A stretch of 63,919 bases of DNA, the filler included, from Phoronis australis (lineage: Eukaryota; Animalia; Phoronida): the NCBI GenBank assembly GCA_002633005.1. It is 3 parts of 3 records of this genome, joined end to end, with 100 filler letters (N's around TTAATTAATTAA, not from the genome) between each part and the next. Parts side by side here need not be neighbours in the genome. Positions count along the whole stretch, not along the records: positions 62,499 to 63,919 come from NMRA01001314.1; 2 more parts are not named here. One strand, 5' to 3'. Positions 62,499 to 63,919 of the stretch are shown here, in pieces; the first letter of the stretch is position 1; each line of letters starts with the position of its first letter. A program made the position numbers and the translations under genes. Under the pieces are notes generated by a model. The model saw only the letters and a list, made by a program, of their open reading frames with translations, was not told the DNA's origin and did not search any database.

Positions 62499-63919
62499 AT
62501 TGTGATGACGCTGAACTATTTTGACAATATTCAGAGTGCAGAAAATGAAATGAAAGAACATCTGCAGCAAAACGATTGTGAACAGTGTTGGTTGAGAGGT
62601 GGAGGGATTAGACAGGGAATGTTGAATGTTCAGAATAGCTATCCAACAGGCACACAACTTTCCTTGTCCGCTGTAAATTATCCAAGACAGTTAGGTACAA
62701 GGAGAAGGAAAGACATGAACTTGTTGGTACTACATTCTGTCGATGAAGAGCAATCAGTGCGATTTAACGTGGACCCCTGTATTACAAATATCAGCCAACA
62801 GCCGATATGTGTTCAATGGAAGTACTTTGACATCACTAGAGGCATGGCGAATGGCAATTGTCCCCAGAAAATGTTAAAGGCTGAAACTTCTTTTGGTTGT
62901 CACGAACTCAAAATTAGGATGTCTTACAGCGTGGAAGAGGAAGCTATTAACAGACTTTTAAAGAACTATACCAGAGAACGTCAACGGGCGCGAATTTCCC
63001 CTCGTGGTCAAAATTTGGAGTCTTTTATGTCTGGCAACACAGAAGAGAACGTTACGAACAATACTTTAAGTAACACTACCAGAGAACGCCTGCAGCCTAA
63101 AGTGCGAATTTCCTCTCGCGACCAGGCATTAAGAGTTTTGATGTCTAACAGTATAGAAAAGAACGTAATTTACAATGATTCATGCATTGTTACCAGAGAC
63201 CGCCCACTGCCTACTGTGAAAACTTCTATTCGTGATCAGAAATTAAAGATTTTGATGTTTGCCGGCATTGTAGAGGACGTTAATGAAAATACTTTAGACA
63301 ACGGCACCAGGGAACGTCAGCAGTCAACTGACCGAACGCAAAAAATGTCCGAAGCTGAAACTACATTCCGTATCAACAAACCCCAGGCTGTTCTGTCACG
63401 CACATGTTTTAACCACATTCAAGGTGGAGAAAACGAAATTAAAGAACATCTGCAGAAAAGAGAACGTGGACAGAAGACAGCTGTAGTATCTGACTTGAGA
63501 ACGATTAGTTGTGTGAATGTTCAGAGGAGCAGTCGAGATCAGGATGTTGTATCGCCCAACAAGGGAGAAACTGGTGCGCGGCCTATTTTACGGTTTAACA
63601 CACACGACATTGAAAGAGCCAGAAACCACACTTTGACGTCTGTACAGAGAGACGACGGAAGAACTCTTACCGTTGAAAATTTAGTGAAATTAAAGACCTG
63701 GGATTTCGCTAAAACGGTGCCGTTATTTACAGTGGCGGAAAAAAACAGAGTGGGACTTTCAGCCAAATCCGACATCTTCCAACTGCCCAAGAAGACACTG
63801 GAGAAGTTAGCTGTGTCTAGTTCCCTCACGGAGCAACAGAGGGCAGTCATTAAGAGACATCTGTACAAGTCTGTGTTTGTTATGCCTTCCCTGGAGCAGC
63901 TCGTGAACAGACACACTGC
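62499..63919 (+). CDS. Partial large exon or ORF (473 codons, open at both ends), uncharacterised repeat-containing protein
   Basis: Manual translation from 62499 (IVMTLNYFDNIQSAENEMKEHLQ ... MPSLEQLVNRHT) found no stop; the internal duplications preserve the frame. Confidence 0.7.
   Translation, partial: MVMTLNYFDNIQSAENEMKEHLQQNDCEQCWLRGGGIRQGMLNVQNSYPTGTQLSLSAVNYPRQLGTRRRKDMNLLVLHSVDEEQSVRFNVDPCITNISQQPICVQWKYFDITRGMANGNCPQKMLKAETSFGCHELKIRMSYSVEEEAINRLLKNYTRERQRARISPRGQNLESFMSGNTEENVTNNTLSNTTRERLQPKVRISSRDQALRVLMSNSIEKNVIYNDSCIVTRDRPLPTVKTSIRDQKLKILMFAGIVEDVNENTLDNGTRERQQSTDRTQKMSEAETTFRINKPQAVLSRTCFNHIQGGENEIKEHLQKRERGQKTAVVSDLRTISCVNVQRSSRDQDVVSPNKGETGARPILRFNTHDIERARNHTLTSVQRDDGRTLTVENLVKLKTWDFAKTVPLFTVAEKNRVGLSAKSDIFQLPKKTLEKLAVSSSLTEQQRAVIKRHLYKSVFVMPSLEQLVNRHT

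Noticed and set aside
63539-63916. 125-aa minus-strand ORF
   Set aside because: Antisense shadow of the much longer plus-strand frame.

Overview
AT-rich, repeat-dense eukaryotic genomic DNA from a draft assembly. An invertebrate animal is inferred from the TE families and gene structure. The window joins three sequences (1-31352, 31453-62398, 62499-63919) through two identical 100-nt linkers (44 N + TTAATTAATTAA + 44 N), so adjacency across the linkers is probably not biological. Segment 1 carries the first five coding exons of a lysosomal/prostatic-type histidine acid phosphatase (signal peptide, RHGDRSP motif), cut off by the linker. It also holds many transposons: RTE-X-like and CR1/L2-like LINE relics, hAT-, Tc1/mariner-, ISL2EU-, IS3EU- and Merlin-like elements, a solo LTR, and Helentron-associated (HINE-like) arrays that repeat a CTCF-like motif. 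Segment 2 has an RT-deleted LINE, a nest of DNA transposons at least three levels deep including a THAP/SAP-bearing ISL2EU relic, a possible decayed 7TM gene and a spliced orphan membrane-protein gene. Segment 3 is a stop-free 473-codon frame, absent from the ORF track, with internal 36-38-aa repeats and CNC/Maf-like motifs. No rRNA, tRNA or CRISPR array was seen. No new biological system can be proven from sequence alone. The best leads are the repeat-protein ORF, the CTCF-motif HINE arrays and the IS3EU-like foldback element.
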